Below, in pieces: positions 11,504-24,250 of a DNA stretch of 64,000 nucleotides. The notes under the pieces were generated by a model that was not told the origin of the DNA, did not search any database, and was given only the letters and a program-made list of their open reading frames with translations. Each line of letters opens with the position of its first letter. Position 1 is the stretch's first letter. Origin of the DNA: Camelus dromedarius (taxonomy: Eukaryota); assembly GCF_036321535.1 (NCBI RefSeq), contig NC_087436.1, positions 85,872,001 through 85,936,000 on the forward strand, in the 5' to 3' direction. The translations under genes were made by a program, and so were the position numbers.

Positions 11504-11869
11504 GATAGCCAAATGGTATTCATATTTCATTTTGAGGGAGACATCAAATTGTCTTCCATGGTCTTCACCATCAACATCTCCCTATCGAGAGATACTGTCT
11601 TTTCTTTTTTCCTAATTTTATAGAGAAAAATGTGATTTTATTGTTCTAATTTTTGGTTCTCTGATTAATGGAGATTAAACAATTTTTCATATTCTCATTA
11701 GCCATTAGGATTCCTTCAGGATCTCATCTATCCATATTTTTCCATTTACTAAGTTAAAAAAATTTTTTTTAAAGATCTCTAAAATAGAATGTTTTCTAGA
11801 AAGTTTTTGTAATTGAATTCTTTGTAATCCAAGATGCCTCCCCTCTTGACTTCCCAAACATGTCTCTGT

Positions 11870-12010
11870 GTTCATTTATTCATTACAAATATTCTTTCAT
11901 TATTTCTTTACAACTACTTATTAAGTAGCTGCTCTGTGCTGAGCACTGGGAATGCACTGGTGAGCAGAACAAAGTTCCTGTTCTCCTGGAGCTTTAGGTC
12001 TATCAAAGAA
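11870..12010 (-). mobile_element. L2 3' fragment
   Basis: 'ttcatttattcatt...tacttattaagtagctgctctgtgctgagcactgggaatgcactggtgagcag'. Confidence 0.65.
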
Positions 12011-12199
12011 AAGTGACATCAAACCACTCCACTTACTTTGTCTCTGGCTTTATTAACAGGCAGTGAAGCAGGAGAGGGACCCTGTGATATGCATGAGATG
12101 GAAGCAATGAAGGGGTGGGTGGTGTAAAAACGAGGCATCACTCCTTCCCTTGACTTTGAACAGTGACAACAGATGTTTTCTGAGTCCCAGAGTGGGCTC

Positions 12200-12320
12200 T
12201 TGGAATCATGGTACAATAGATTAACAGAACTCCCATTTTACAGATGAAGAAACTGAGGCCCATATAAGCAAAATGATTTGCCCAAGGTCTCCTGACCCCT
12301 AGTCTAAAGCTCTGCCCACT
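12200..12320 (-). mobile_element. MIR SINE
   Basis: 'cccattttacagatgaagaaactgaggccc...atttgcccaaggtc'. Confidence 0.85.
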
Positions 12321-13140
12321 CTCTCAAATTGCACGCCTGGTAGGTCTTTGTGGCTGTACCAGATGCTTTCAGGAGCAGAGCAAGAAAGAGATGAGTACTG
12401 TCCTAGGAAGTATAAAAAATACAGTCCCCACCCTCAGAGGGGTACAATCTAGCTACTGCAAATTTCTTTCTAAAATACTGTTTGTCTCATTTGGCTATGA
12501 GCTGATTTTCGAAGAAACAAATGGAAAATCAGCTTATGCTGGACCTTAACAGATCATCCCTTGATGTTTGAATATGTAATGAATTAGGGTGATGTTTTTC
12601 AAAAGGAAGTTGAAGTTCTCCAGACAGGATGCTGTCCCTGAATTTTAGAAAGTAGGCTATGCTTCCCTGTATTGACTATTCATCCTGACATTTCACTTGC
12701 TTTCTTGGGAATGAAAAATTCCGGTGTCCATCATGCAACTCCTTGCTGTACAAATTATTCGGTCTTTCCTTGCAGAACAATTTGAACAGGTCTGGGAATA
12801 TTAGAGGAAAAGTTGGGCAAAGTATATTGGGCCCATTAGCCATATTCCTTAAGCCTAAATTTTCTCAAAAGTCCAATGGGGATAATAATATGACCTCAGA
12901 GGCTGGTCGGGAAGCTTGAATATAAAGCAGGTGTATAGTCATATCTGACTCAGAGTGAGTGATTGATGAATGTTGACTGTTATCATTCTATTCAGTGCCA
13001 TGCCCTCCTCCTTATTTATCAACAACCTGGGCGTCTGAGCTGCCCTATCTGAGAAAGCAGAACCATAAACCACAGCCTTCTGTCTTTGTTTTGAATATTT
13101 CAAAACGGATGAACCCTGAAGAACAGACGAGGCATTAATC

Positions 13141-13300
13141 CTTGCGTCTGAGTCACGGACCGCCGTTCACTGGGTTTCACGCCCGCTGTTGAGCACACAC
13201 CTCTGCGCCCGGGGGTTCCGATCAGCGGAGATCTCAGCGATTCCGAGCTTTGAAGCCGGTCCTACGGCGCTCACCCGCCCCTTCCGCCTGCCCCCCTCGT
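13141..13300. promoter_or_regulatory. CpG-rich patch with an AP-1 site and GC box
   Basis: About 18 CpGs in 160 bp; TGAGTCA at 13149-13155; CCCGCCCC at 13274-13281. Confidence 0.45.
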
Positions 13301-14899
13301 CTCCTGGCTTCTCATCTATTTGAAACCCTGAATTCTCTTCCATCTTTCATTTAGGCTGGCTCACCTGTTCTACTAGGCGAAGAAGCACAGATTCACGAAA
13401 TCCAATCTGTTCTTAGGTCCTCGTGTATAGAAACATAAAAATCCCCGACTGTGCTCAGGCCGTTGTCAGGAAGGGGTGAATGGGCCACTGGCAGGCAGGG
13501 GTCAGACGACGCGGGGTTTATTACTAGCTGTCTCTCAGGTTCAGATTGACCTGAATTTCTTTGGGCCTCGGTTCTTTCCTCTGGAAAGGAGCAGACAAGG
13601 TTGACAAAGGATACCTGTTCCTGGTCGGCCTCATCAGGCTGTTGGGCGAATGAAGGGGATTATGTCTAGAAGGCCATTGGCGTTCCTCAGAGAAGAGCTC
13701 TCTAAATACAAGGCATGATTTTGTGTCACTCATGGGAAGAGGGAGGCTGAGGTTGCCCAGGCCCTCTCCCCGTCACTGTAATTGCAAGATGCTTTAATAA
13801 TAGAGGCAGACACTTGCCGGGCAGAAGGGCCAGGTCACAGGTGTGGATGCTGTTTGAAGACATGTGCAGGCTTTAATAACAGCTTGGGGGCAGGGAGCAA
13901 AGCAGAAGCCAGAAATCCTTCCCTCAGCTTTAAGGACTCCCTCCTCCAATCCCCGAACCCCACCGCAGGGGCGGGAATCTTAGGCGGGCTCTCTGGCAGG
14001 CACTCAGTTCTTGCGCCTGGAGTTGAGTGGAAGTGGATATTGATGCATTATCTTCCTCGGAAGAACAGTGGCCATGCTTTCGTCTGTGTCGAATATTTGC
14101 TGACACTTGAAGTGATTACAGATTAAGGGATGTCCCCTACTGTATTGGGCAGTGTGAGGTGTGACGGGGTGTGCACCCTCTGGGTCATTGCTTCATCTCT
14201 GTCAGGTTGTGGAAGGGGAGGGGACTGTCAGATGGCCCAGTGATCTGACGTTGCTGGCAGATGGAGTTGTGAAAAGTTGAAGGTGAGTGGGGAGCTAGTG
14301 TCATTACAATAGTCTGTTTCACAGAAGGAAGAGCAGCAGGCTGTCCTGAGGGAGATGCTTGGAAGAGAGGCCCAAGGCCAGTGGTCAGAGGAGAGATGAG
14401 AATAGAATCCCTGGGGTAGAGAACCCAGGAAGATACTTGCACTGCCAAGTCACAGCCTCTTCACTCTTCCTTTCCTGAAAGTTAGGGCCATTTGACTTTC
14501 ACTGGCAGACCCAGCTTTACTCTGAAACTCCCGGATCAAACCCCTAGTGTCTTGGATTTAGATCCCAACTCTGCTTCTTGGATACATATTTACATTCTCT
14601 AAGTCTCTATCTTCACCTGTCAAACAGGGGCAATTGTATCCATCCTGCAGAGTTGTAGGCTGGATGATGGCTAACACGAGTAAGATTCCACAAATGAGGA
14701 TTAATGGCAGTGATGGGGAAGAGTAGCCAGATCTTTGGCTCTGGTCTTATCTATGAGATCACTGTGCTATTTGAGGTGTCTGAGGACCTGCCTTGGTACC
14801 CTGCCTGGTACCCCACAAAGACAGGAGTTCCATCTCCCATCCCACCTCCCTGCAGGCATCTCTGTCAGCCCCTGTTTCTCTGTTTATGAGCATCACCTG

Positions 14900-15150
14900 C
14901 CTGTCATTCATCCATTCATCCTCCAAATACATTTTATTTCTATTCCATTCCAATACATTTTAGCTTACATCCTAGTAGGATAAGACAGACAATAAATAAA
15001 ATGAACATGTAAAATGTTAGATGGTAATAAGTTCGTTAAGGGCAAGGGGTAGGGGGAATGGAATAAAGCAGGGAAATGTCAGGGTGGGTGGCAAATTTAG
15101 AGTAAATGGCCTGGAAAGAAAGGTCAACCTGAGAAGGAGGCATTTGGATA
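14900..15150 (-). mobile_element. L2 fragment
   Basis: 'cattcatccattcatcc...agcttacatcctagtagg...agacagacaataaata...aataaagcaggga...ctgagaagg'. Confidence 0.6.
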
Positions 15151-15460
15151 ATGACTTTAGCCTGGGAATAACTTCTCTGATGCTACCTGCCAAGGTCTAG
15201 GACTACCTACTGTCTGGGACTGTATATCTGGACAAAGCTTTCATTCTGCAGGAAAGCCTAACTTTAGACCAAGACAGACACGGAGTTGGCAGTGTCACGC
15301 AGAAGCCAATATAAGACAAGGAACCACATCAGAAAGGATCCTCGTGTTTGACAGACCATGGGCAGGAGATGGGAGAGGGAGATGCACCCTGTTTCAGAGA
15401 CCTGGACGGCCCTGCAGACTGAAAATGGAGCAAATAGGGGGACCGTTCAGAAACCAGTGT

Positions 15461-15612
15461 CAGTGCTTTAGACCCTCACTTAGAGTGTGGTCGGACCAGC
15501 ATTTGGCATCACAGATTGCTAGAAATGCTGAATTTCAGGCCCCAGCGCATATCTACTGAAATAAGACTGCATTTTAACAAGATCTTCAGGTGATTCATAT
15601 GCACGTGAAAGT
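15461..15612. mobile_element. MER5A hAT-Charlie MITE
   Basis: 'gtgtggtcggaccagc...tagaaatgctgaatttcaggccccag...ctgcattttaacaagatc...gtgattcatatgcacgtgaaagtt'. Confidence 0.85.
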
Positions 15613-15719
15613 TCATTTCTGCCAAGTGGAGTGTGGTGTGTGTGTCTACCCGACTGGTATGTAGTTTATATGCTGCAGTCACCTTGCTGCACCTAAGGAG
15701 AGTGTAATGGTGGTATACA

Positions 15720-16110
15720 GGGTGAGAGAAGAAACCGCTAGGGAAGGCTACAGCAGCTCCACAGTCTTCAGAGAACAAAGTCCTTCTATAAGTCTTCTGC
15801 ATTTCCTCTCCTGGATTCCTTCCTGCAGACGAAATGGCTGTCTCAGCTTTCAAAGCCGTGTCTCCGTTCCAGGCAGTGAGATGGGAGAGTGAGGTGAGAG
15901 GAGGGCATGTTCCACTCCTTTTAAGGGCATGGCTTTGGCTCACATCCATCCCTTTGGTGTTGATCTTAGTCACATGGCCACACATAGCTGCAAAGGAGGC
16001 TGGGAAATGTAATCCTTAGCTGGGTGACGAGGTTCTCAACTTGTGTTACTTCTACACCATAGAAGAAAGGGAGAATGGAGAGTGTACAGATGACAAGCCG
16101 TCTCTGCCAC
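15720..16110 (-). mobile_element. MLT1J/K-type MaLR LTR
   Basis: 'ttagtcacatggccacacatagctgcaaaggaggctgggaaatgtaatcct' and terminal 'tctctgccaca'. Confidence 0.75.
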
Positions 16111-16409
16111 AACAAGGAAGAGGATCACTTGGGGCAAGCCATAGGCTGACACATAGGCTAGAACGAGGACTGAAATCTAGGTGCTTGGGGGACTTGGGCC
16201 AAGTTCCCATCACTCAGGACACTGTGAATGTCAACCAGAAGAGAACTCCTGTACCCGTTCTGAGGGTCTAAGGTGCTCTCACCCACACTGTACTGAGATA
16301 GTATCACTTGCCAAGGTACCGGGTAAGGGCCAGTACACCTTCTGCATGATCCATGTCCTTGACATACCAACTGTTAAATATTTTTAATACCACCTCTCTC
16401 TTATCTCTT

Positions 16410-16552
16410 GAGAATATATATATGTAAAACTGAATCACTATGCTGCACACCAGAAACTAACACAACACTGTGAATCAACTATACTTCAATAAAAAATAAA
16501 AATAAAATAAAATAAAAATAATAAAATAAATAAAATATAAAATAAAATAAAA
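16410..16552 (+). mobile_element. Short L1 3' end with (AAAAT)n tail
   Basis: 'aactgaatcactatgctgcacaccagaaactaacacaacactgtgaatcaactatacttcaataaaaa' followed by an A-rich tail. Confidence 0.88.
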
Positions 16553-17914
16553 GTCTGATGAGGGGTGACTGGTGCCTGGATGGAGGATGCTGGAGGCATA
16601 GCATCCTCTGGGCTACCTGTCCTAAATGGAGTCTACAGCGTACTTACGTACAGGCCTGCAATCATGTGATGTTTGAAATGAGACAGTCCCTCACGAACAG
16701 CTTAAAAGCTGCCCTCAGCTTCATGCCCCACCCCACTGCTCAACTTCAGAGTTGTGTGCAACCACCTAGGGATAAAAAGGAGAGACTTCCTTGTCTGGGG
16801 TCTCCAAGTACGTATCAGGGAGAAACCGTGCAGATTAGAAGCGATTGCAAGGTCTAAGGTGTTAAATAAGGCCCAAAAAAGGCATGTAATTGTTCACGTG
16901 TGTTAGCTGGGATATGGGTCTGGCAGCTCTGAAAAGGGCCAGAATAACAGACACCAGGCTCTTTTGAATAAACATGCCCTTGAGCTGCAGTTCTCAGAAG
17001 GAGCTCCGGTATCCAGGTGAACAGGGAACAGAGCCAGTGACCATCCTCACGTCTGGTCCTTCTGGAAAACACAGTCTGCACGCAAGTCCCTACCTTTGAA
17101 GATGAAACCTTAAAAAAAGTAGGGCACATGAGGCCTATACAAATATTGCCGAAGAAGAAAAATATAAGATTATCCTAAAGACTCAGAGGAATAGCAAACC
17201 TTCAAAAAGGATTTATAAGAATCAGAGGAACATGATAAAACCTCACTGAGCATCCTCAATAGGATGCAAAGAAACCTTCCAAGACAAGAGCCGAAATGCA
17301 TGTGGGAGAACCAGTCTGACCTAAAAAGCGACAACTGAAATATTAAATGGGCACAACTTATGAGAAATAATGATACAGACACTTTTTTTTTTTTTTTAGT
17401 TTCTTACTGGCACTTTCCCTCATTTTATTTTTTAACATGAAAAATTTGAAGTATATATAAAAGTCGACAGAATAGTGTTACGAGCACCCATGTTCCCATC
17501 ACCCAGCTTTAATAATTTCCAGCTCACAACCAAGTCATGTAAACCTTCACCCTGTCACCCTCCAAGGCAGTTATTTTGACCCCTATCTTTCCTGCATCCT
17601 CCTAGTCTAGAAAAATCCTTCAGCAAGCAACCCCGCTTCTCACCAACTCCTCTACCCCCTGCCCCAGTCCAAACCAGCCTTACCTGTTACCTAGATAATC
17701 TTTGTTTCCAACTAATCTCTGTTTCCATTTTTGTTTTCAACTCCTTTCTTAGAAAATAAAAGACACAGAAAACTGCCCAAAACAAATACAGAGATTAACA
17801 ATTATTATAAGGCAAACACCCTTGTAACCACCACTCAGAATAAGAAATTGAACTTTGTCAGTGACCCCAAAGTGTCCCACCTGTGCTCCATCCACCTGCA
17901 AGTCCCTGTCTCCC

Positions 17915-18292
17915 TCCGTTTGTTGGCTAGGGCTGCCACCCAATGAGTAGTTTAAACTACACAGATTTATCCCCTCACTTCTGGAGGCTGGAAGTCCAAG
18001 ATGGAGGTGTTGGCAGGTTGATTTCTTCGGAGGCCTCTCCTCCTGGCTTGCAGATGGCTGCCTTCTTGCTGTGCCCTCACGTGGTCTCTCCTGTGTCTGC
18101 GAGTGTATGTGCCCCAATCTCCTCTTCTTACAAGGACACCAGTCATATTGGACGAGGGTCCACCCTAAAGCCTTTATTTAACTTTAATTACCTCTTTGAA
18201 GGATCTTTCTCCAAATCCAGTCATGTTCTGAGGTACAGGAGGTCAGGACTTTAACGTATATATTGGGGGGGTGCATAATTCAGCCCATCATA
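17915..18292 (-). mobile_element. MLT1B/C-type MaLR LTR
   Basis: 'ctggaggctggaagtccaagat...gaggcctctcctcctggcttgcagatggc...tctcctcttcttacaaggacaccagtcatattgga...aattcagcccat'. Confidence 0.85.
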
Positions 18293-18567
18293 CCCTCCAA
18301 ATATAATCACTATCCTGCTTTTTACAATCATCACTTTCGTATGTTTCTTTATGTCTCATCAACCAAGACACCAGAGTTCAGTCTTTCTGATTTTTTTAAA
18401 CTTGGAATGTCACGAAGTCTCAATCTACAGGCTTCCTTTCTATTACTATTTTTCCCTTATAATTTATCTGTTAAAGAACCTGGACTGTGTGCCCTGCCAA
18501 GGGTCCCAGAGTCTGCACTGTGTTGCTTGCACATCATGGTGCTGCTCAGCATCTTCTTTTCTCCAGT

Positions 18568-19334
18568 TGTAACTGAGCAGGACCCTACTGTCATCATCTG
18601 TGACCATCTGATATCTGTAATGATGTTTGTAACTGCTTAGCTGTATCATGGTTTCAAGGGTTTTTCTCATGCTCTTGCTGACCAGGGTTGGGCTGGAGAG
18701 GAGGGGGGCTTGGGTGGTCTGCCCAACCCCCTCATGGTGCTGCATGCATGGATCATGCTTAGTGCCCTGCTCTTGCCCCCAGTTCCCTACTCTTGACCCC
18801 AGTGCCTTCTTCTTGACCCCTTGTGGTTTCCTTGTACCCTGTTGTTCAAGCTGCAGGCTTTAGCCTGTAGCAGGCGACCCCAGGACTCAGCCTGCTTAAA
18901 AAGCTAAAAGCATTTATCAACCTGACTTTAAACTGCTCAAGTTTTTCTCTAGGGCTCTTTTCCATGGAGCCCCTTCTTATGCATCCTTTGGTCTAGTTAC
19001 AGGAACATTAAGAGAATCCTAAAGCTGGAGGTGAACTTCACACCCAGCAGAGGGAAAGGGACCACTGCATCGCAAAACTAAGAACAACATTGCAACAATT
19101 TGTTACCCTATATGCAGTCTCTAAGGAAATTAGCTCCGCCCTTTGAATTCTTGAACTTTTACTTTAAAACCCATTGCCTCCTCTCCCAAGCAGGTTCACA
19201 GTCTCAGAGGCATCAACCCACTGACACCTCTTTTGCCTGGCAAAGAAGTAAAGCTGCCATTTCTACTTCACCCAAAACTCTGTCCTCAAGTCTCGATTTG
19301 GTAAGTAGGATACCAAGGCTGTGTTTCAGCAACA
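18568..19334 (+). mobile_element. Solo ERV1-type LTR inserted in an old L1 (L1MC-like)
   Basis: Starts TGTAACTGAGCAGGACCCT and ends TTCAGCAACA (TG...CA); U5-like 'ttctacttcacccaaaactctgtcctc'; old L1-like sequence resumes on both sides. Confidence 0.75.
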
Positions 19335-19410
19335 CTCTCTTTCCTAAAAACTGGCAGCTGGACCCAGAGACTTGAACAGACTTGGGTTTGATCCCTTTGG
19401 CAAGACTATT

Positions 19411-19627
19411 AAGAGTGGTATGTCATATTCTTGCAAATAAAAACATTTTTCCTATGATACTTCAGTCAAGATACACAAATATGCTTTAAAATATCAAGGA
19501 AGGAAAGTCAATGAAATGCACAAAAACTATATATTCATATGGATGCAGAAATATGAATCACCATCATAGACCAACAAAAATATCTTGAATAGATTTTAAA
19601 ATGTAAAAAAAAAAGAGTGGTATGTCA
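19411..19627 (+). pseudogene. Orphan retroposed insert (187 bp) with a 15-bp TSD and A-tail
   Basis: AAGAGTGGTATGTCA at 19411-19425 and 19613-19627; A-run just before the second copy; TATT|AAGA junction resembles an L1 endonuclease site. Confidence 0.75.
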
Positions 19628-19639
19628 GATCAGCTAACT

Positions 19640-20860
19640 GAAGTGCAGTATACTTACAGCACATTTCACCCATTTAAAGTATACAGTTCAATGAGTGTTG
19701 GCCAATGTGTACAGTACACAACATCACGTGGATATACAGCACACAGTATATGTAGTACCCCGAATGTGTGAATATATACAGCACCATGATCAAGCACCGT
19801 TACAGTTCTATCACCCCAAAACTCCCCTCATGCCTCTTTGCCATCAATAACCGCCTTGGCCTCTAAAAACCACTGATCTGCTTTATGTCACTATTATTTT
19901 CCTCTTGCAGAATTTCATGTTTTCATAATTGTCATCTTTTCTGTCTGGCTTCTTTCACTTAGCAGAATGCTGTAAGATTTGGCCATGCTATTGTGGGTCT
20001 CCGTAGTTTATTCATTTTTATCTTCAGGCTATATTTTGTTTATAGATATATCACAGTCTATTTTCTGTTGATGATTGACATTCCGATTGCTTACTGTTTG
20101 TGCTATTAGGAATAAAGCTACTGTGATAATCTGCATATACATCTCTGTGACATGTATTTTCATTTCTCTTGAGTAAGTACCCAGGAGAAGAACTGCTAGG
20201 TCACTGGGAAGGTATATATTTTACTTAGTAAGAAGAGGCCAATTTACTTCCTAGAGTGGCTGTACATTCGGAGCTGTGTGGCAGAGAGTGCCCATTGCTT
20301 GCCATCCTTGCTAACCCTCATGTGTAGTCTTCTCAATTTTAGCTGTTCTCATGGATGTGTAGTGCAATCACATTATGAGTTTAAGTTTCACTTCTCTAAT
20401 TATTCATGATGTTGAGCATTTTTATGTGTTCATTTGCTTTCCATATATATATATGTGTGTGTGTGTCTAAAACTTCTTTAGTGAGGTGTCCAAGTTTTCA
20501 TCCATTCGAAACATATTTATTTATTGAAGTATAGTTGATTTACAATATTATATAAGTTTCAGATGTACAACATACTGACTTACAATTTTTAGAGTTTATA
20601 CTCCATTTATAGTTATTTCATCCATTTTATTTTTCATCCATTTTAATTGTCTTATTATTGAGTTATGAGTTCCTTATATATTATAGATACTAGTCTTTTG
20701 TTAGATGTATGTTTTACAAATAATTTCTCTCAGTCTATGGCTGTGTTTCCTTTTTCTTAAAGTATCTTTTGAAGAGCAAATGTTTATAACTGATCAATAT
20801 TTTTCTTTTATGTTTTGTATTTTTCATCTCCTGTATAAAAATCCTTTGCCTAACCTAAGG
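19640..20860 (-). mobile_element. Old L1 (L1MB-like) 3' region, with a nested short young L1 at ~20510-20615
   Basis: 'ttcacccatttaaagtatacagttcaatgag', 'tctggcttctttcacttagca', 'tgatgttgagcattttt'; the nested piece is flanked by repeated TTTCATCCATT. Confidence 0.82.
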
Positions 20861-21484
20861 TAATGGTGATTTTTCTAATTCTGTCATTCCATCTGTTATT
20901 TATCAGCAGGAATGCTTCTATGAAAAGGAACTTTTCCTCATCAATTATTTGTTTACTTTAAAATACAGTTTCTATAGAAAAGGCAGTACAAATGGTTGTC
21001 TTTCATCAGCTTTCAGAATATTAACTCTGTCTTCAGATCAGTGTATTTTGTACAAGCACAACCCTCTATAGCAAACACAGGGGGAAAATTGTGAGGAATT
21101 ACAACAAAATGCTAAAGTTGCTTTCTTTTGATACTGGAATTTCTGAGAGAGGTTTTTCTTTTCCCCTACCTCCTGAGAAGACACATACACGCCATGCTGT
21201 TAACTATAGTTAAATGTGGCTGGTGAAAATGCACATGATTTGCTTTTCTTCCTGTTTTTTCTGTGTTTCCTAAATTTCCACAATAAATTATATTATTATC
21301 AAAATGGGAAAATACACCTATAGCACCTACAGTATACATCTATCATCTGTCTAGCCATCAGTCATGTCTCTGGTACTCCCTGTCCTTAAGTTACTCTTTT
21401 TATAATAGGACATCTGTGTTGGAATGAAGTATTTCCCTTGATGGATTTCACTCTCACAAAAAGTTATTTTGGTAAATTGTAGGG

Positions 21485-21690
21485 TAAATGATTGGATAAA
21501 GAAGTTGTGGTAAATATATACAATGGAATGCTACTCAGTCATAAAAAAATTAAAATAATGCCATCTGCAGCAGCATGGATGACCTGGAGATCATCAGACT
21601 AAGTGAAGCAAGCCAGAAAGAGAAAGAGAAATACCATATATCATTTATATGTAGAATCTAAAAAAGTGACACAAATGAGCTTATTATTTA
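21485..21690 (+). mobile_element. L1 3' region fragment
   Basis: 'atgattggataaagaagttgtgg...atacaatggaatgctactcagtcataaaaa...ctaagtgaagcaagccagaaagagaaag'. Confidence 0.85.
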
Positions 21691-21869
21691 CAAATCTCCT
21701 CTTCTTATAAGGACACCACTCCTAACGGATTAGGCCCCACATGAATGACCTCATTTAACCTTCATTACCTCTTTAAAGACCCTATCTCCAAATACAGTGA
21801 CATTCTGAGGTACTGGCGAGTTAGGACTTCAGTATATGAATTGGCAGGGTCACAATCCAGCCCATGACA
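21691..21869 (-). mobile_element. MLT1B/C LTR half
   Basis: 'ctcctcttcttataaggacacc...ttacctctttaaagaccctatctccaaatacagtgacattctgaggtactgg...cagcccatgaca'. Confidence 0.85.
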
Positions 21870-22879
21870 CTACTCATTGCCTATTGTGGTCCCGTTTTTT
21901 TTCCCGTGTGGAAATGACTTGCTCCAGTAGAAAGCAGCTCTTTACTACTGAAGAACTTCTGCCCAACTCACCTAAGCCTCCTCACAAAGTCTTTAAGTCC
22001 CAGCCCCAGGTTTCCAGACCACAGCCAGCTTCCATGCTGGAGAGCTGATGAGAATGTCCCCATCTTTGCCCTGATAGTCACTGCCGGCCAGATTCTGCAG
22101 GACTCTCCCATGATCCCTTCCAGCCTGGAACCCCGGGGCCAGCCCTGCCTCCTCACTGGGTCCTGACTCCATGGCTTGCCCCGCATTTTCTTGCAGCTGT
22201 ATTTCCAATCTAAAGAGCCCACTCAGGTCCTAGTTCTCAGAAGAATATTAATGCTGTTTTCCCATCATCCTTACCTTTTTTTTTCCCCTCCCTATTTTCT
22301 CTCTGTGTAAAGAAGGCAGAGGCTAAAAAGGCAGATGTTCAGTTTACAATGAGTTGCTCACATGGTTACTTTTAAATTCGACTTTACAATGATGGAGAAG
22401 TTCCACTGTCACCCCAGAAGGAGGGTTATCAAGTTTTATTTGCATATAAGAAAACCTGAAGCAATTGTGAAAGAAAATAGGCAAATGAGAACAGGTTTGT
22501 TTACTGCAACGGCAGACATGTCTCCCATTTACTTTTCCACAAAATGCTGGGATGCAGGTTCTGCTTCTGTGTGTAGCTGGTAATCTATGCACAGCTCTTT
22601 ACATTGTAATCCAGCCGAAGGTTACACATTTGGGAAGCCTTCTAAGGAAGAGAATGCAAAGAAAGAGAACACAAAAATATATTACTTTTGCAAACTTTAC
22701 AAAAATGTGTAAGCTGATCAGTAAATTCCCAGCCTGTGTTCCATCCCCACCCCATATTCACAGCCTCTGGGGGGGCATGGAAGAGGCTTGTGTAAACCAG
22801 AAATCCCAAAGCTTACCCCAAAGCTCATGTTTTATTAACTTCCTAGTAAATATGCTTCTAATTATAATGAACCACTTAG

Positions 22880-23050
22880 ATGTTTACTTGTTTATTGTTT
22901 TTCTCTCTCAGCTAGGGCTGGAATCACAGACCTGTGTTCATCACATGTACCTCATGTTCCTAGCAGAGTGCTTGTTTATAGCAGATGGTCAATAAATGTT
23001 TGTTAAATGAAATTGATTTCTGGAAGGTAGGAAGGAAGAATGAATGGAAA
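22880..23050 (+). mobile_element. L2 3' end
   Basis: 'cctagcagagtgcttg...tcaataaatgtttgttaaatgaa'. Confidence 0.7.
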
Positions 23051-24019
23051 GGGTGATGGACCCAAGATGCAGTCATACTCACGCAGCATGGAGAAAGCTG
23101 AGCAAGGTCAAGGTGGCTGACAGATATCCTTGGGCATTCTGTTCCCAGGGAGCACAGATCATCCTGACCAGGGGATTGGCTCCTCCCCAACCTCCTCCCA
23201 GGGGCTCCCATGACAGCTGAGACCTTTCCTCTACCAAGACTGTTGCAGATGGCCTCCAGTGTTCTGAAAGTCCTTGGCCGAAGGCCTGCAGCTGTGGGGG
23301 CTTTAAGTAGGCCTGGAGTTGGGTGACCTTTGGAAAGAACTTCAAGGCTTATTCTTTCCTATAGACTTGTCTGCAGAAGACATGATAACCAGTGACCTTT
23401 TCCTGAGGACACACTTAGAGTTGTCACTGGGAGCAGGTCTACAGAATTGTGGCTAAAAGCCTGCCTCCCCTGTGAGCTTAAAATACCGCCTGACATTCCC
23501 CCAGCAGAAGGCTCCCAGGCAGGAGCAATCCGTAAGAGCAGTCATCTCACGGGAGTGACCTCTGGATAAATTCACGATGAGAACACAACATCCCTTTTTA
23601 AAAGAAGGGTCATCAGCAGACCCCATCTAGAGAACTGGGTGGTGTCTTTGTGCACCACACAGCATTTGGTTCTTTGTGGGGCTCCCACGACACTGCTGAA
23701 ATGCTAATAATGCATTTCCATTTCTTTGCCTCTGCCTTAGGCAACTTTGCTTTGATGCTTTCAGGATTTGGGCATGTGAGCTAGGGTTAGAACCTTAATT
23801 ATGACATGATATTAGGCATATTTAGAAAAGCCAGAGTTGTTAGAAGAAGGAATGTAATAACAGGGATTTAGAGATTAAAGCAGTTTGGGAGAGAGAGTAC
23901 GAGCAAAAGTAATAGAAATGGAACTTGACTCAGATCATGATGGAAAACCGCAGTGCAAAAATACAAGGACACAGGAAAGGGCTGCTCCCTGTGCTAAGGG
24001 GCCTGGCTGGACTAAGCCG

Positions 24020-24250
24020 GAGGCTAGAGCTGGGCTTCTGTAGTCTGAATCCCTAAGTTTGAACCCCACCTCTGGCTCTTACTAGTTGTGTGCTCTTGGG
24101 CCAATTCCTTAATTTATTTGAGTCTATTTTCCACATCTGCCAAGAAGGGACTGATAAGAGTACCCACCTCATAGGCTAAGTGAGGTTTCAACGAGTTAAT
24201 GTGTGTACATTGCTTACGAGTTTCTGGCCCTTAGCACTCAGCAAAGGGTA
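24020..24250 (+). mobile_element. MIR SINE
   Basis: 'gtttgaaccccacctctggctcttactagttgtgtgctcttgggcc...agtacccacctcatagg'. Confidence 0.8.
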
